DNA of 64,000 bases from positions 4,102,296-4,166,295 of the forward strand of contig CBDCTK010000002.1 in NCBI GenBank assembly GCA_965222225.1. Reading direction: 5' to 3'. The position numbers and the translations under genes are program-made. Of the stretch, positions 39,346-48,287 are shown piece after piece (the first letter of the stretch is position 1; every line of letters starts with the position of its first letter). Below the pieces are notes generated by a model. That model saw only the letters and a program-made list of their open reading frames with translations, was not told the origin of the DNA and did not search any database. Origin of the DNA: Candidatus Poribacteria bacterium. Lineage in GTDB: Bacteria; Poribacteria; WGA-4E; JAJDTR01.

Positions 39346-40215
39346 GTGCACCCGATTCGGCACGTTGCCGAATCTAGTGTGCGGTCGAATAAAAAGGTAC
39401 AGACAGTTATTCCAAGAGTTGAGAATCATTCACCTATATCTCCGGCAGCCACGCAGAATGGTTTTCCCATAAACCAAATCTTAGCCGGTGATTGTCTAAA
39501 TGTACTTCCTTCCCTTGCTAGCAATGTTTTTGATTGTTGTATCGCCGATCCCCCGTTCAATATGTCACAAAAAAAAGGATTGGGCTGGGCGTTCAGTTCC
39601 CATATTACGATGCAGGAAGGGTGGGATATCTTCTCAAAAGACGAATATTCCCAGTTCACACTCGATTGGGTCTCCGAGGTTCTGAGAGTCGTCAAGCCGA
39701 ACGGGAATATCTTTGTTTTCGGATCGTTTCACAGTATTTTTACGTTAGGATTTATCCTTCAGAACATATTTGATCGGCGCATTATCACCCAGATTGTATG
39801 GTATAAGCCGAATGCACAGCCCAATATCACCTGTCGCATGTTTACGGAATCAACTGAATTCATTATTTGGGCAGTTAACAATGAGCGTAAAAAGGCAAAA
39901 AACTGGACATTCAATTATCATGAGATGAAGGCGATGAATAATAACAAACAGATGCGAAACATGTGGGAAATCCCGCTGACGAAGCCGTCTGAACGAAAAT
40001 ACGGAAAACATCCTTCACAGAAACCGCTAGCAGTGGTTGAACGGCTAATTTTGGCGGGCACGAACGAAGACGACCTGATTCTAGATCCGTTTTCCGGAAC
40101 CGGAACAACCGGAATTGGTGCACAAAAGAACAATCGAAAATGGGTGATGATTGAGAAAGAAGAATTCTATAATCAGATTGCTCGACGGCGACTTGAAGAG
40201 TTAGCCGGCGAATAA
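39346..40215 (+). CDS. type II DNA methyltransferase, beta-class (N6-adenine or N4-cytosine)
   Basis: motif IV DCCIADPPFNM precedes motif I ILDPFSGTGTTG (beta permutation); markedly AT-rich relative to flanks; stop overlaps the start region of the endonuclease gene. Confidence 0.8.
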   Translation: MHPIRHVAESSVRSNKKVQTVIPRVENHSPISPAATQNGFPINQILAGDCLNVLPSLASNVFDCCIADPPFNMSQKKGLGWAFSSHITMQEGWDIFSKDEYSQFTLDWVSEVLRVVKPNGNIFVFGSFHSIFTLGFILQNIFDRRIITQIVWYKPNAQPNITCRMFTESTEFIIWAVNNERKKAKNWTFNYHEMKAMNNNKQMRNMWEIPLTKPSERKYGKHPSQKPLAVVERLILAGTNEDDLILDPFSGTGTTGIGAQKNNRKWVMIEKEEFYNQIARRRLEELAGE

Positions 40216-40242
40216 TGAGTGTTCATTATAGAGGAGTTTGAC

Positions 40243-40854
40243 ATGCAAAGGCAGGAAGCACTCTCGAAACTGTCAGAGCTTATCAACCAAGACCTGCGTT
40301 TTCTTGCGAATCAATATGAAGTAACGGTTTTCAAGGGAGACAAACCAAATAAGGGTTGGGCATGGCACGTTCTTGAGCGTCATCTTAACTTACCAATCAA
40401 CTCTGCTCAAGCACCAAACTTTGGTTCTTGGGAATTGAAGGTAGTTCCTCCGAAGTATCTAAAAAGTGGAAAGTTGACAATCAAGGAAACAATGGCAATT
40501 ACGATGATTGATGCCTACAATGTTGAACATACCGATTTCCAAGATAGCCATCTGTTCACCAAACTCAGGAAACTAATAGTTGCTGCCAGAATCTGGGAGA
40601 GTCAGCAGGAAGAACGATCTGTGCTTCATATTGTGACAACCTTTGACCTTGACAATCCCAAGATATACAGTCAAATTAAAGCGGATTATGATTTAGTCAG
40701 AGAGACAATCCGCACGAAAGGTTTTTCGGCTTTGACCGGAAAAATGGGGGTATATATTCAACCAAGGACAAAGGGGCCTGGACATGGTAGTATGTCACGA
40801 GCGTTTTACGCAAGAACCACCTTCCTTAAGCAGTTCATTTTTCCGTCGCTTTGA
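40243..40854 (+). CDS. MutH/Sau3AI-family endonuclease, predicted restriction enzyme partner of the methyltransferase
   Basis: NKGWAWHVLERHLNL...NFGSWELKVVP...KETMAITMID...GVYIQPRTKG...RAFYARTTFLKQF parallels E. coli MutH DKGWIGVLLEIWLG...LGVELKTIPV...ETTFVCVAP...EYLQIRPKAA...RGFYLKKNF including the D...E-x-K core; GAGGAG RBS before ATG 40243. Confidence 0.7.
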   Translation: MQRQEALSKLSELINQDLRFLANQYEVTVFKGDKPNKGWAWHVLERHLNLPINSAQAPNFGSWELKVVPPKYLKSGKLTIKETMAITMIDAYNVEHTDFQDSHLFTKLRKLIVAARIWESQQEERSVLHIVTTFDLDNPKIYSQIKADYDLVRETIRTKGFSALTGKMGVYIQPRTKGPGHGSMSRAFYARTTFLKQFIFPSL

Positions 40855-40968
40855 AGACATAAAATCCGCGCAAAAACAGATGCGTTGAATTGACAATTAG
40901 AACATATTCCGTTTTGAATCACGAGGAATCGCCAACCCTACCAACAGACCGGCGACAAACACTGTACG

Positions 40969-42927
40969 ATGGACACAAAACCAACCTTCCAGACCATTAC
41001 CCAGAGTAAAACTTCAACTCCAGTAGATCCTGTAGTAGCGGCGGAGGTTGGTCTAGAGAGGGGCAAAATCGGCAAACTGCATCTGGAGCGGAATGGCGCA
41101 GCCATCCCACCCTTGTCAACACCGATTTTGTACCCCGTAGTTTCATTCATGACCGGTTCGACGCCGCGCGGCGGGGGTTTGTGGAAGTACCTACTTCGAG
41201 ATTTCATGAAGAACGATGTGCCGATGTTGTCGCAAGTCCTGCACTTTCTGGATTTCCCTATCAACGGTAAGAGTTTGGCGAAATGGCGAAGTAAAACCGT
41301 TCGTGAGTGGTATCGTGAGGTCAATGGACCATACGAAGCGCCGCTCCTGCTCGATTCCGGCGGATTCAAACTGCTTTATAACACGGGGCTAGATCTCTCT
41401 GAGTTCGGCATTAACGCAGAAACGGAAGCGGATGATATACTCGCACTCCAGGACGACATGGGTGGGGACATGATTGCTTCTCTGGACTACCCGCTTCCAC
41501 CGGGGCTGGATCGATCGGAAGCCGAAAGGCGGATGAACCGCAGCCTGAAAAATGCCTTTAGGGTAGCGGAATGCATCGCCGATCGCCGTAACCCGCCATA
41601 TCTGTACATCTGTTGTCATGGACAATCCCGGGTTGACATTGAAGAGTACGTCCAGAAGGTTTTTGACAGGCTTCTGGGAGTCTTACCATCGTTTGGACTT
41701 GCGGTTGGCTCTCTCGTACCGCTGCGAGGAAAAAAGGATTCGGAAGTATTGGAGCGGATATTGGGAGTGGTAAACGGAATACCGGAATCGGAGCGACATC
41801 GGACGCCGATTCACGCCTTCGGCGTTTCAGGTGAACTTGCCCCCATACTCGCTTACATGGGAATTGATAGCTTTGACAGCACAAGTTACATTCAAGCTGC
41901 TCGCGGCCTCAACTATTCCCATCCCGAAACGCGGCGGAAGCAGAAAATTATGGAGTTAGACGAAACGGTGTGCACTTGCCGCATCTGCCGCGAGGTGTCG
42001 CTTGATGAAATGCACCTTGCCCTGTCGGATGCAGTAAGTTATAGGAAGACTTCAACCGGGAAGTACAAGAGCGAATACTATGCCGCCATCGCTTTGCACA
42101 ACTTTGAGATGGAAGCGGGGTTACTTTCCCGTATGAAAGAAGCTATTGAGAGCGAAGACTCGCTTGAAGAGTTGGTTCGTCACGCGCAGGTAGGACGAGG
42201 CATCAATAGAGCAGTAGGCTGGCTGCTTGAGAATGATGAGATTTTTGCCAGTAAGATGGCGAAAACTGTCTTTGAGGCCACCGATTCACGGGGCAAATCC
42301 GCCCTTCCAATTGGGCGGAATCCGTATCAACTCGAACTCTTCACGGGATCCTTGACAGCGGAAGGAAATGGCGAGGAATCGCGATCAATCTCGCTCAATT
42401 ATACACCTGATTCCTTTTCCATTCCCGATGATTATGCTCCCCCTAAGGACAAAGACGTACTGCTGGTTATTCCGTGTGCCGGGAAAAAGCCGTATTCACT
42501 GTCGCGCACACACGCTATTGTCAATACCAAACTTCAGACGGCCTTCGGTGAAGCGGGAACTTCCATCCACAGAATTACCCTTTCGGGACTTTACGGACCC
42601 GTGCCGGAGGAATATGAATCTGAAGAAGCTGTCCTCCGATACGATTTTCAGTTGTCACCGAGAAATACCGCGAAAATACAGCTCGGTGCGGATCGGCTCT
42701 GCGCCTATCTGGAGAAGTATGCCAATCACTACAAGCTGATTGTCGGATACGCGACAAGCCAAGCTTATCGCAAAGTGTTTGAACTCACCCGATCCAGACG
42801 GTCAGACTTTGTTTTGCTGCCGACGAAACCGAAACAGAATCGACTCACCGAGTTTTTCCGGCACGTTCACCTTGATGAACTCGTTGAGGTTTTGTCAACT
42901 GTAGCGCAACCACTGAGCAAAGAATAA
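40969..42927 (+). CDS. tRNA-guanine-transglycosylase (TGT) superfamily protein with 250-aa C-terminal extension; candidate DNA/RNA 7-deazaguanine base-exchange enzyme
   Basis: LLLDSGGFKL (TGT DSGGFQ Asp), DMIASLDYPL (substrate Asp), YMGIDSFDST (nucleophile GxDxFD), zinc site VCTCRICREV ... IALHNF (CxCxxC...HN); C-terminal 400-652 carries a PCAGKKPYS motif of unknown function. Confidence 0.75.
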   Translation: MDTKPTFQTITQSKTSTPVDPVVAAEVGLERGKIGKLHLERNGAAIPPLSTPILYPVVSFMTGSTPRGGGLWKYLLRDFMKNDVPMLSQVLHFLDFPINGKSLAKWRSKTVREWYREVNGPYEAPLLLDSGGFKLLYNTGLDLSEFGINAETEADDILALQDDMGGDMIASLDYPLPPGLDRSEAERRMNRSLKNAFRVAECIADRRNPPYLYICCHGQSRVDIEEYVQKVFDRLLGVLPSFGLAVGSLVPLRGKKDSEVLERILGVVNGIPESERHRTPIHAFGVSGELAPILAYMGIDSFDSTSYIQAARGLNYSHPETRRKQKIMELDETVCTCRICREVSLDEMHLALSDAVSYRKTSTGKYKSEYYAAIALHNFEMEAGLLSRMKEAIESEDSLEELVRHAQVGRGINRAVGWLLENDEIFASKMAKTVFEATDSRGKSALPIGRNPYQLELFTGSLTAEGNGEESRSISLNYTPDSFSIPDDYAPPKDKDVLLVIPCAGKKPYSLSRTHAIVNTKLQTAFGEAGTSIHRITLSGLYGPVPEEYESEEAVLRYDFQLSPRNTAKIQLGADRLCAYLEKYANHYKLIVGYATSQAYRKVFELTRSRRSDFVLLPTKPKQNRLTEFFRHVHLDELVEVLSTVAQPLSKE

Positions 42928-42933
42928 GTTGAT

Positions 42934-43428
42934 ATGTACCAATATCGAATGGCGAAAACAGACGATTTGAAGCGAATTGTGGAAATCGAGATGCGATCGG
43001 AGATCCAATCCAATCCATCTTGTCGAGAGAAGCATCAGATTGGCTTCGATACTCGCTACCGTTGGTGGACCGATTATTTTAATCGCACCAGCCACACCGA
43101 AACGATCAGTGTTCATCGGACGATATACGTTGCTATGATTAAGCTGAATATTGTCGGATACATCGCCGGACATCTGACCTCTCAACCCGATCCGCAAGGC
43201 GAGATTCAGTCGATGAACGTCCTGAAACCGCAGTGGGGAAAAGGAGCGGGAGTAAACCTGCTTAGGAATCTGGCAAGGTGGTTCAAGAAGCAAGGCGTCG
43301 CGTCCGTCTGTGTGCATGTGCCAGAGCATAGCCCATATAAGGAATTCTATGCCCAACACGGTGCTACGGCTGTGAATGACTCCCTTTGTCGGTGGGATAA
43401 CATCGGCGAGGTGACAGAAGAATCGTAA
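42934..43428 (+). CDS. GNAT-family N-acetyltransferase
   Basis: QSMNVLKPQWGKGAGVNLLRNL is the acetyl-CoA-binding motif A (Q/R-x-x-G-x-G/A); 164 aa. Confidence 0.7.
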   Translation: MYQYRMAKTDDLKRIVEIEMRSEIQSNPSCREKHQIGFDTRYRWWTDYFNRTSHTETISVHRTIYVAMIKLNIVGYIAGHLTSQPDPQGEIQSMNVLKPQWGKGAGVNLLRNLARWFKKQGVASVCVHVPEHSPYKEFYAQHGATAVNDSLCRWDNIGEVTEES

Positions 43429-43444
43429 CACCCATAACGAGATA

Positions 43445-44503
43445 ATGAGTAGCCCTTGGTTAATCTCTCAAAAAGCCGATCTAAGCTTTTTTTTCTTGCC
43501 CCTAATCGTTATTTGGGTGGTAATATTCCTGTTGCCGTCTTCCGTCCTTGACCACGATTTGCCCTTGTGGGCATGGGCAGTATTCATCCTGGGATTTGAT
43601 GTAAGCCATGTTTGGAGCACGTTGTTCCGAACCTACATCGACAAGGATGAAACCGAGAGGTTGGGACGAAAGGCGTGGTCGATCCCGCTCCTCTCTTTTC
43701 TTGCCGTTTTCGTCGTATGCTCATTGTCGATTGACGTGTTTTGGCGATTATTGGCATATCTCGCTGTTTCTCATTTCGCGAAACAGCAGTTCGGTTTTCT
43801 CGCTCTTTACCGAATCAGACAGGGAAGAATTAGCAAACGTATTCCGGACAAACTAGCAATTTACCTAGCGGTTCTTTATCCTGTCGTCTACTGGCATTTG
43901 GCTCAAGACAGGTCATTTGAATGGTTTGTGTCGGGCGATTTCGTGTTTCTTAAGCACTTCCAACTACCGCATCAAAAACTAATCATTACCAATGTATTGT
44001 ACTGGACGATCTTGGCAGGTTGGTTAATAGAGGAATGCATTACTTCTGTCAAACAGGTCGGCAAGATAGCTTATGGCAAAATCGCTTGGGTATTGGTCAC
44101 CGCGTTCAACTGGTATTTCGGGATTGTACACTTCAACTCCGACATTGTTTTCTCCGTTACCAACGTAGTTGCGCACGGTCTACCGTATATGACATTGGTT
44201 GTTTGGTATAACATAAGGAAAAACGCGAGTTTGAATCAATCTGTGCCGATATTCCAAATGATTTTCACCGTTGTATTTGGAGCTATATTGTTGGCATATA
44301 TTGAGGAGTTTGGCTGGGATATGCTGCTATTTAGAGAGAGAGGCGAGTTATTTCCGGCTTATTTCATCGGTCTCTTTGAAGGTTCACTGGCGATTGCTTT
44401 TGCGTATGCGCTACTGGCTTTGCCACAAATCACTCATTACATTCTTGATGGAATCATCTGGAAAAACAGCGCATCAAATCCTCACGTGAAACAGATGCTG
44501 TAG
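43445..44503 (+). CDS. polytopic membrane protein of unknown function (352 aa, about 10 TM)
   Basis: hydrophobic ORF tightly following the GNAT gene (16-bp gap). Confidence 0.55.
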   Translation: MSSPWLISQKADLSFFFLPLIVIWVVIFLLPSSVLDHDLPLWAWAVFILGFDVSHVWSTLFRTYIDKDETERLGRKAWSIPLLSFLAVFVVCSLSIDVFWRLLAYLAVSHFAKQQFGFLALYRIRQGRISKRIPDKLAIYLAVLYPVVYWHLAQDRSFEWFVSGDFVFLKHFQLPHQKLIITNVLYWTILAGWLIEECITSVKQVGKIAYGKIAWVLVTAFNWYFGIVHFNSDIVFSVTNVVAHGLPYMTLVVWYNIRKNASLNQSVPIFQMIFTVVFGAILLAYIEEFGWDMLLFRERGELFPAYFIGLFEGSLAIAFAYALLALPQITHYILDGIIWKNSASNPHVKQML

Positions 44504-44531
44504 GCCGGTGCGAAGGAGAAAGAAGCACATT

Positions 44532-45254
44532 ATGGAGTTGTACCCGATTCGCCACGGTCAGTCGACCAACAACCGTGGAGATGCGCGTGTCTCTGATCCA
44601 TCGCTGACGGAGCTCGGGAGGCAGCAAGCGACCAGAGCAGGACTGGCGCTGAGAAACCTGGGTATCACGCGCCTTTAATGTAGTGCGATGCTTCGTGCGG
44701 TGCAAACCGCCACAATTGTTGGAGAACACTTGGGACATGCCCCGCATGTTTTCGTGGGAATTCACGAGTGGGGCGGCGTTTGGGAAGATCGGGTTGATGG
44801 TGGTATGGATCAACTGCCGGGACTAACACGATCGCAGTTGCGCGATGCCTGTCCGACAGCCGTGTTGCCAGATGATGTAACGGACGAAGGTTGGTGCATT
44901 CAAGCATTCGACGCCCACGAACTAGCGTACGGAGGGAACGATGAACAAATGCTGGGCTTGGCACACGAAAATTGCCTTCGATTCATCGCCCACTTGGACC
45001 ACCACCACCACGCAAGAGAACATGAAAAGGTCGGGGCAATTTTGCACGGTGGATCCGGATCAATGCTGCTCGGTGCATTTTTTGGTTTGCTACCAAATGA
45101 AACTCAAAATCGCTTCCCGCACAACAACGCCGGAATCACGAAAATTATTAGAACTCCGAAGTATACCCAGTTGCTTTATCAAAACCAGACCAGCCATCTA
45201 TTGAAAGAGAGTGAATTCGACCTAGAAGCCAGTTCTCCCATGGTAATTTGGTGA
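44532..45254 (+). pseudogene. histidine phosphatase (phosphoglycerate mutase family) tandem copy 1, in-frame TAA at 44676..44678
   Basis: MELYPIRHGQSTNNRGD (RHG catalytic motif) ... ITRL*CSAMLRAVQ where copy 2 has VTRLYFSAMLRAVQ (TAT to TAA). Confidence 0.7.
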
Positions 45255-45408
45255 AACGAGTACTGAATGACCAACACCGCCTAGACGGAATTATTTGAAA
45301 AAACAGTGCATCGAATCCCCACCTGAAACAGATGCTAAAATCCGATACCGTGATAAAGCAGTGCATGATTGCCGGAACCGTTTTCAAGCTGAAAGGAAAT
45401 AACAGATT

Positions 45409-46131
45409 ATGGAATTGTACCTAATTCGCCACGGTCAGTCGACCAACAACCGTGGAGATGCGCGTGTTCCTGAGACACCGCTGACAGAGATCGGAAAGCA
45501 GCAAGCGGACAGATCGGGACGGGCGTTGAAGAACTTGGGTGTCACGCGCCTTTATTTCAGCGCGATGCTCCGTGCGGTGCAAACCGCCACAATTGTTGGA
45601 GAACACTTGGGACATGCCCCGCATGTATTCGTGGGAATTCACGAGTGGGGCGGCCTTTGGGAAGATCGGGTTGATGGTGGTATGGATCAGCTACCGGGAC
45701 TAACACGATCGCAGTTGCGCGATCTCTGTCCAAAAGTGGTGTTACCAAATGATGTGACAGACAACGGTTGGTGGTTTCCATCGTCTGTCAATGATAAACC
45801 GGTATCGGCATGGGACTATGCGCAGATGCTCCAATTGATTCACAGAAACTGCCGTGGGTTCATCGCGCATTTGGAGCAACACCACGGTGGGGAAGCTGAG
45901 AAGATCGGAGCAATTATACACGGAGGCTCCGGCTCAATCCTAATCGGAGCCCTGCTAGGGATGCCACTGCCAAACGAATTTCCAGAGCGCTTCCCACACA
46001 ATAACACCGGCATCACGAAAATTCGAAGAACCCACGAGCACACACAGTTACTGTATCATAACCAAACCGGTCATCTACTGAAGAATTGTGAGTTCAGTCA
46101 AGAAGCTAGCTCCCCATTACTAACATGGTGA
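45409..46131 (+). CDS. histidine phosphatase (phosphoglycerate mutase family), tandem copy 2, intact
   Basis: MELYLIRHGQSTNN...; 240 aa; about 85% identical to copy 1. Confidence 0.75.
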   Translation: MELYLIRHGQSTNNRGDARVPETPLTEIGKQQADRSGRALKNLGVTRLYFSAMLRAVQTATIVGEHLGHAPHVFVGIHEWGGLWEDRVDGGMDQLPGLTRSQLRDLCPKVVLPNDVTDNGWWFPSSVNDKPVSAWDYAQMLQLIHRNCRGFIAHLEQHHGGEAEKIGAIIHGGSGSILIGALLGMPLPNEFPERFPHNNTGITKIRRTHEHTQLLYHNQTGHLLKNCEFSQEASSPLLTW

Positions 46132-46264
46132 GACATTCGATTGACTCAATATTTAGGCGGTATCGCATTATTCAATCGGCTCTTGGCCGTACAATTAGGG
46201 TCGGAATATGCACCCGTACAAATCACTACTCCGTTCTTATCCGTGAGGGAAGGATACAGACGAA

Positions 46265-46963
46265 GTGAATCGCAATCGTATAATCACCGTGGGATATCTC
46301 ATCATCGTTGGAGGGATGTTTGCGCTTAAAGAATTCCTTAATGGAGATATATACCGCGCTGCGTTAACCGCCATGGCGTTTGTATTATTTGGAGTCCTAA
46401 CGTTTTTCTACGACGATTTGCAACATTGGATTAAGCCTTTTGCCCTGACTTTACCGTTAATCGTCCTAGGGTCATCAGTTTATCGAGATTTCAGAGTGGG
46501 CGATGTCTCCTTAGCGATGCTAGGCGTAGCCATGATTGGGGGCGGTGCAATCATATTTTTCCAATCCCAACCGCTCGCAGCAATTAAGGCAATGTTTCTC
46601 ATGAATGTAGGAGGATTATTCGCTTATAGACAATCCTTTGACGGAAACATCGAAAACACAATTCGCATGGGCATCCTGTTTACCTTCTTCTTCGTTCTGT
46701 TCTTTTATGAGAGTGTACCGGCATGGATTAGACCTTTTGTGATGCTACTACCCATAAACCTCTTGGGGTTATCTGCCTATAGAGATTTCCGACTTGGAAA
46801 TACGTCCTGCGTTATTTTAGATATAGTCTTGATTGCAGGGGGCGCTCTGATGTTGGTTCAAGACGCACCGTTCATAAAAGGGAAATTGCGGTCCTCTTTC
46901 AGTTTAATTCCGGTCATCGCATTTACCGTTTTCCTCCTCTGGGATATACTTCTGCTCTCCTGA
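46265..46963 (+). CDS. small membrane protein built from an internal tandem duplication (about 6 TM)
   Basis: two similar halves: FALTLPLIVLGSSVYRDFRVGDVSLAMLGVAMIGGGAIIFFQ and FVMLLPINLLGLSAYRDFRLGNTSCVILDIVLIAGGALMLVQ. Confidence 0.5.
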   Translation: MNRNRIITVGYLIIVGGMFALKEFLNGDIYRAALTAMAFVLFGVLTFFYDDLQHWIKPFALTLPLIVLGSSVYRDFRVGDVSLAMLGVAMIGGGAIIFFQSQPLAAIKAMFLMNVGGLFAYRQSFDGNIENTIRMGILFTFFFVLFFYESVPAWIRPFVMLLPINLLGLSAYRDFRLGNTSCVILDIVLIAGGALMLVQDAPFIKGKLRSSFSLIPVIAFTVFLLWDILLLS

Positions 46964-47770
46964 AACAAAATCCTCTACACAGGGATGGGATGAAGTTCAT
47001 TTAAGTTATCAAGAAACGTAGACGCATCTGGAACGAGCAGAATACGTGATGCGTTTTCCTCGTGTAGCACGGTATCCACAACATCTAACAAGGCCCCGTT
47101 CAATCGGCAACGCGTATATGAAGCAACACGTTGCATTGAGCTAATCCGAGAGATTATGGCGCACTACAAACAGCTAGAGCTTGATTACAATGGACCAGAA
47201 ATGGAGGAGACAAACTTAAAAGAAGAGGACTACATCGTTCTGAGTTTGTAACCGGAATCATACGAAGGAATCTTATCGAGTGAAAATACATACGAGTACC
47301 GTATCCAGTTTAGAAAAAGACCAACAATAGCCTTTGTCTATTTAATGTCACCGGTAAAATGTATCAGTGGCATCATTCGATTCGACACACCACTTATCGA
47401 TTCGCCGGAAGAAGAGGAACAGAAGCTTGGCAACTGCAAGCCCGTAATTGAATACCTATCAAGATATAAGTTGGGATATGCTATTCCCATCGCAAGGTGA
47501 CGGAAATCACACCTGTGTCGTTGGCTAGTTTGCAATCGAAATACAATTTCACACCGCCTCAGGCGTTCCTGTATTTGAAGAACAACAGACCTCTCTTTGA
47601 TTTCTTGGTTATCCAATGAAATTTGGAAACCTTAATCGCAGGGGAAATTCTCTCCCAGATTCTACCTCATTAGCTGCTTTTTTATGACCACTGTTTTCAT
47701 CGGAAGGAATCCCCATAGAAATTTTGAGAGAATTGAAGTTTGACCGCGCGGTAGGGGAGCATTCTCGAAG

Positions 47771-48244
47771 ATGACCATGAAGAGACGAAAGACAGTATAC
47801 CTTGCGAATCCCTACGGTTTCTCGGAGCAACAGCGGGAATACCTATTACCAGCCCTGATTCAGGCACTGGAAGCTATTGGCTTAGAGGTATGGGAGCCGT
47901 TTGAGCGAAACAACAATGAAGACATTTCGTTACCCGGCTGGGCATACCGAATTGGACAACGAGACAAGAATGATGTCGTTGAAGCGGACGCGATTTTTGC
48001 CGTCGTGAACGGTGTCCCGCCCGACGAAGGGGTTATGGTCGAATTAGGAATCGCGATTGCGCTCGGAAAGCCCACATTCCTATTCCGCGACGACTTTCGG
48101 GGTGCCGCCGATTCCGATGAATACCCACTCAACCTCATGGTCTTCACTGGCTTACCCCGCTGTGGATGGGAGCGGTACTACTTCAAATCGATAACTGAGA
48201 TTTCATCGCCCGACAAAGCATTGGCGCCTTGGGCAAAAATATAG
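47771..48244 (+). CDS. nucleoside 2-deoxyribosyltransferase-family protein
   Basis: TVYLANPYGF ... DAIFAVVNG ... MVELGIAIALGKPTFLF matches the NDT fold signature (YLAGPFF ... E.G.A.A.GKP). Confidence 0.7.
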   Translation: MTMKRRKTVYLANPYGFSEQQREYLLPALIQALEAIGLEVWEPFERNNNEDISLPGWAYRIGQRDKNDVVEADAIFAVVNGVPPDEGVMVELGIAIALGKPTFLFRDDFRGAADSDEYPLNLMVFTGLPRCGWERYYFKSITEISSPDKALAPWAKI

Positions 48245-48287
48245 GCAAGATTTTATTTCACATATATGATTACGAACTGGAGGTCTT

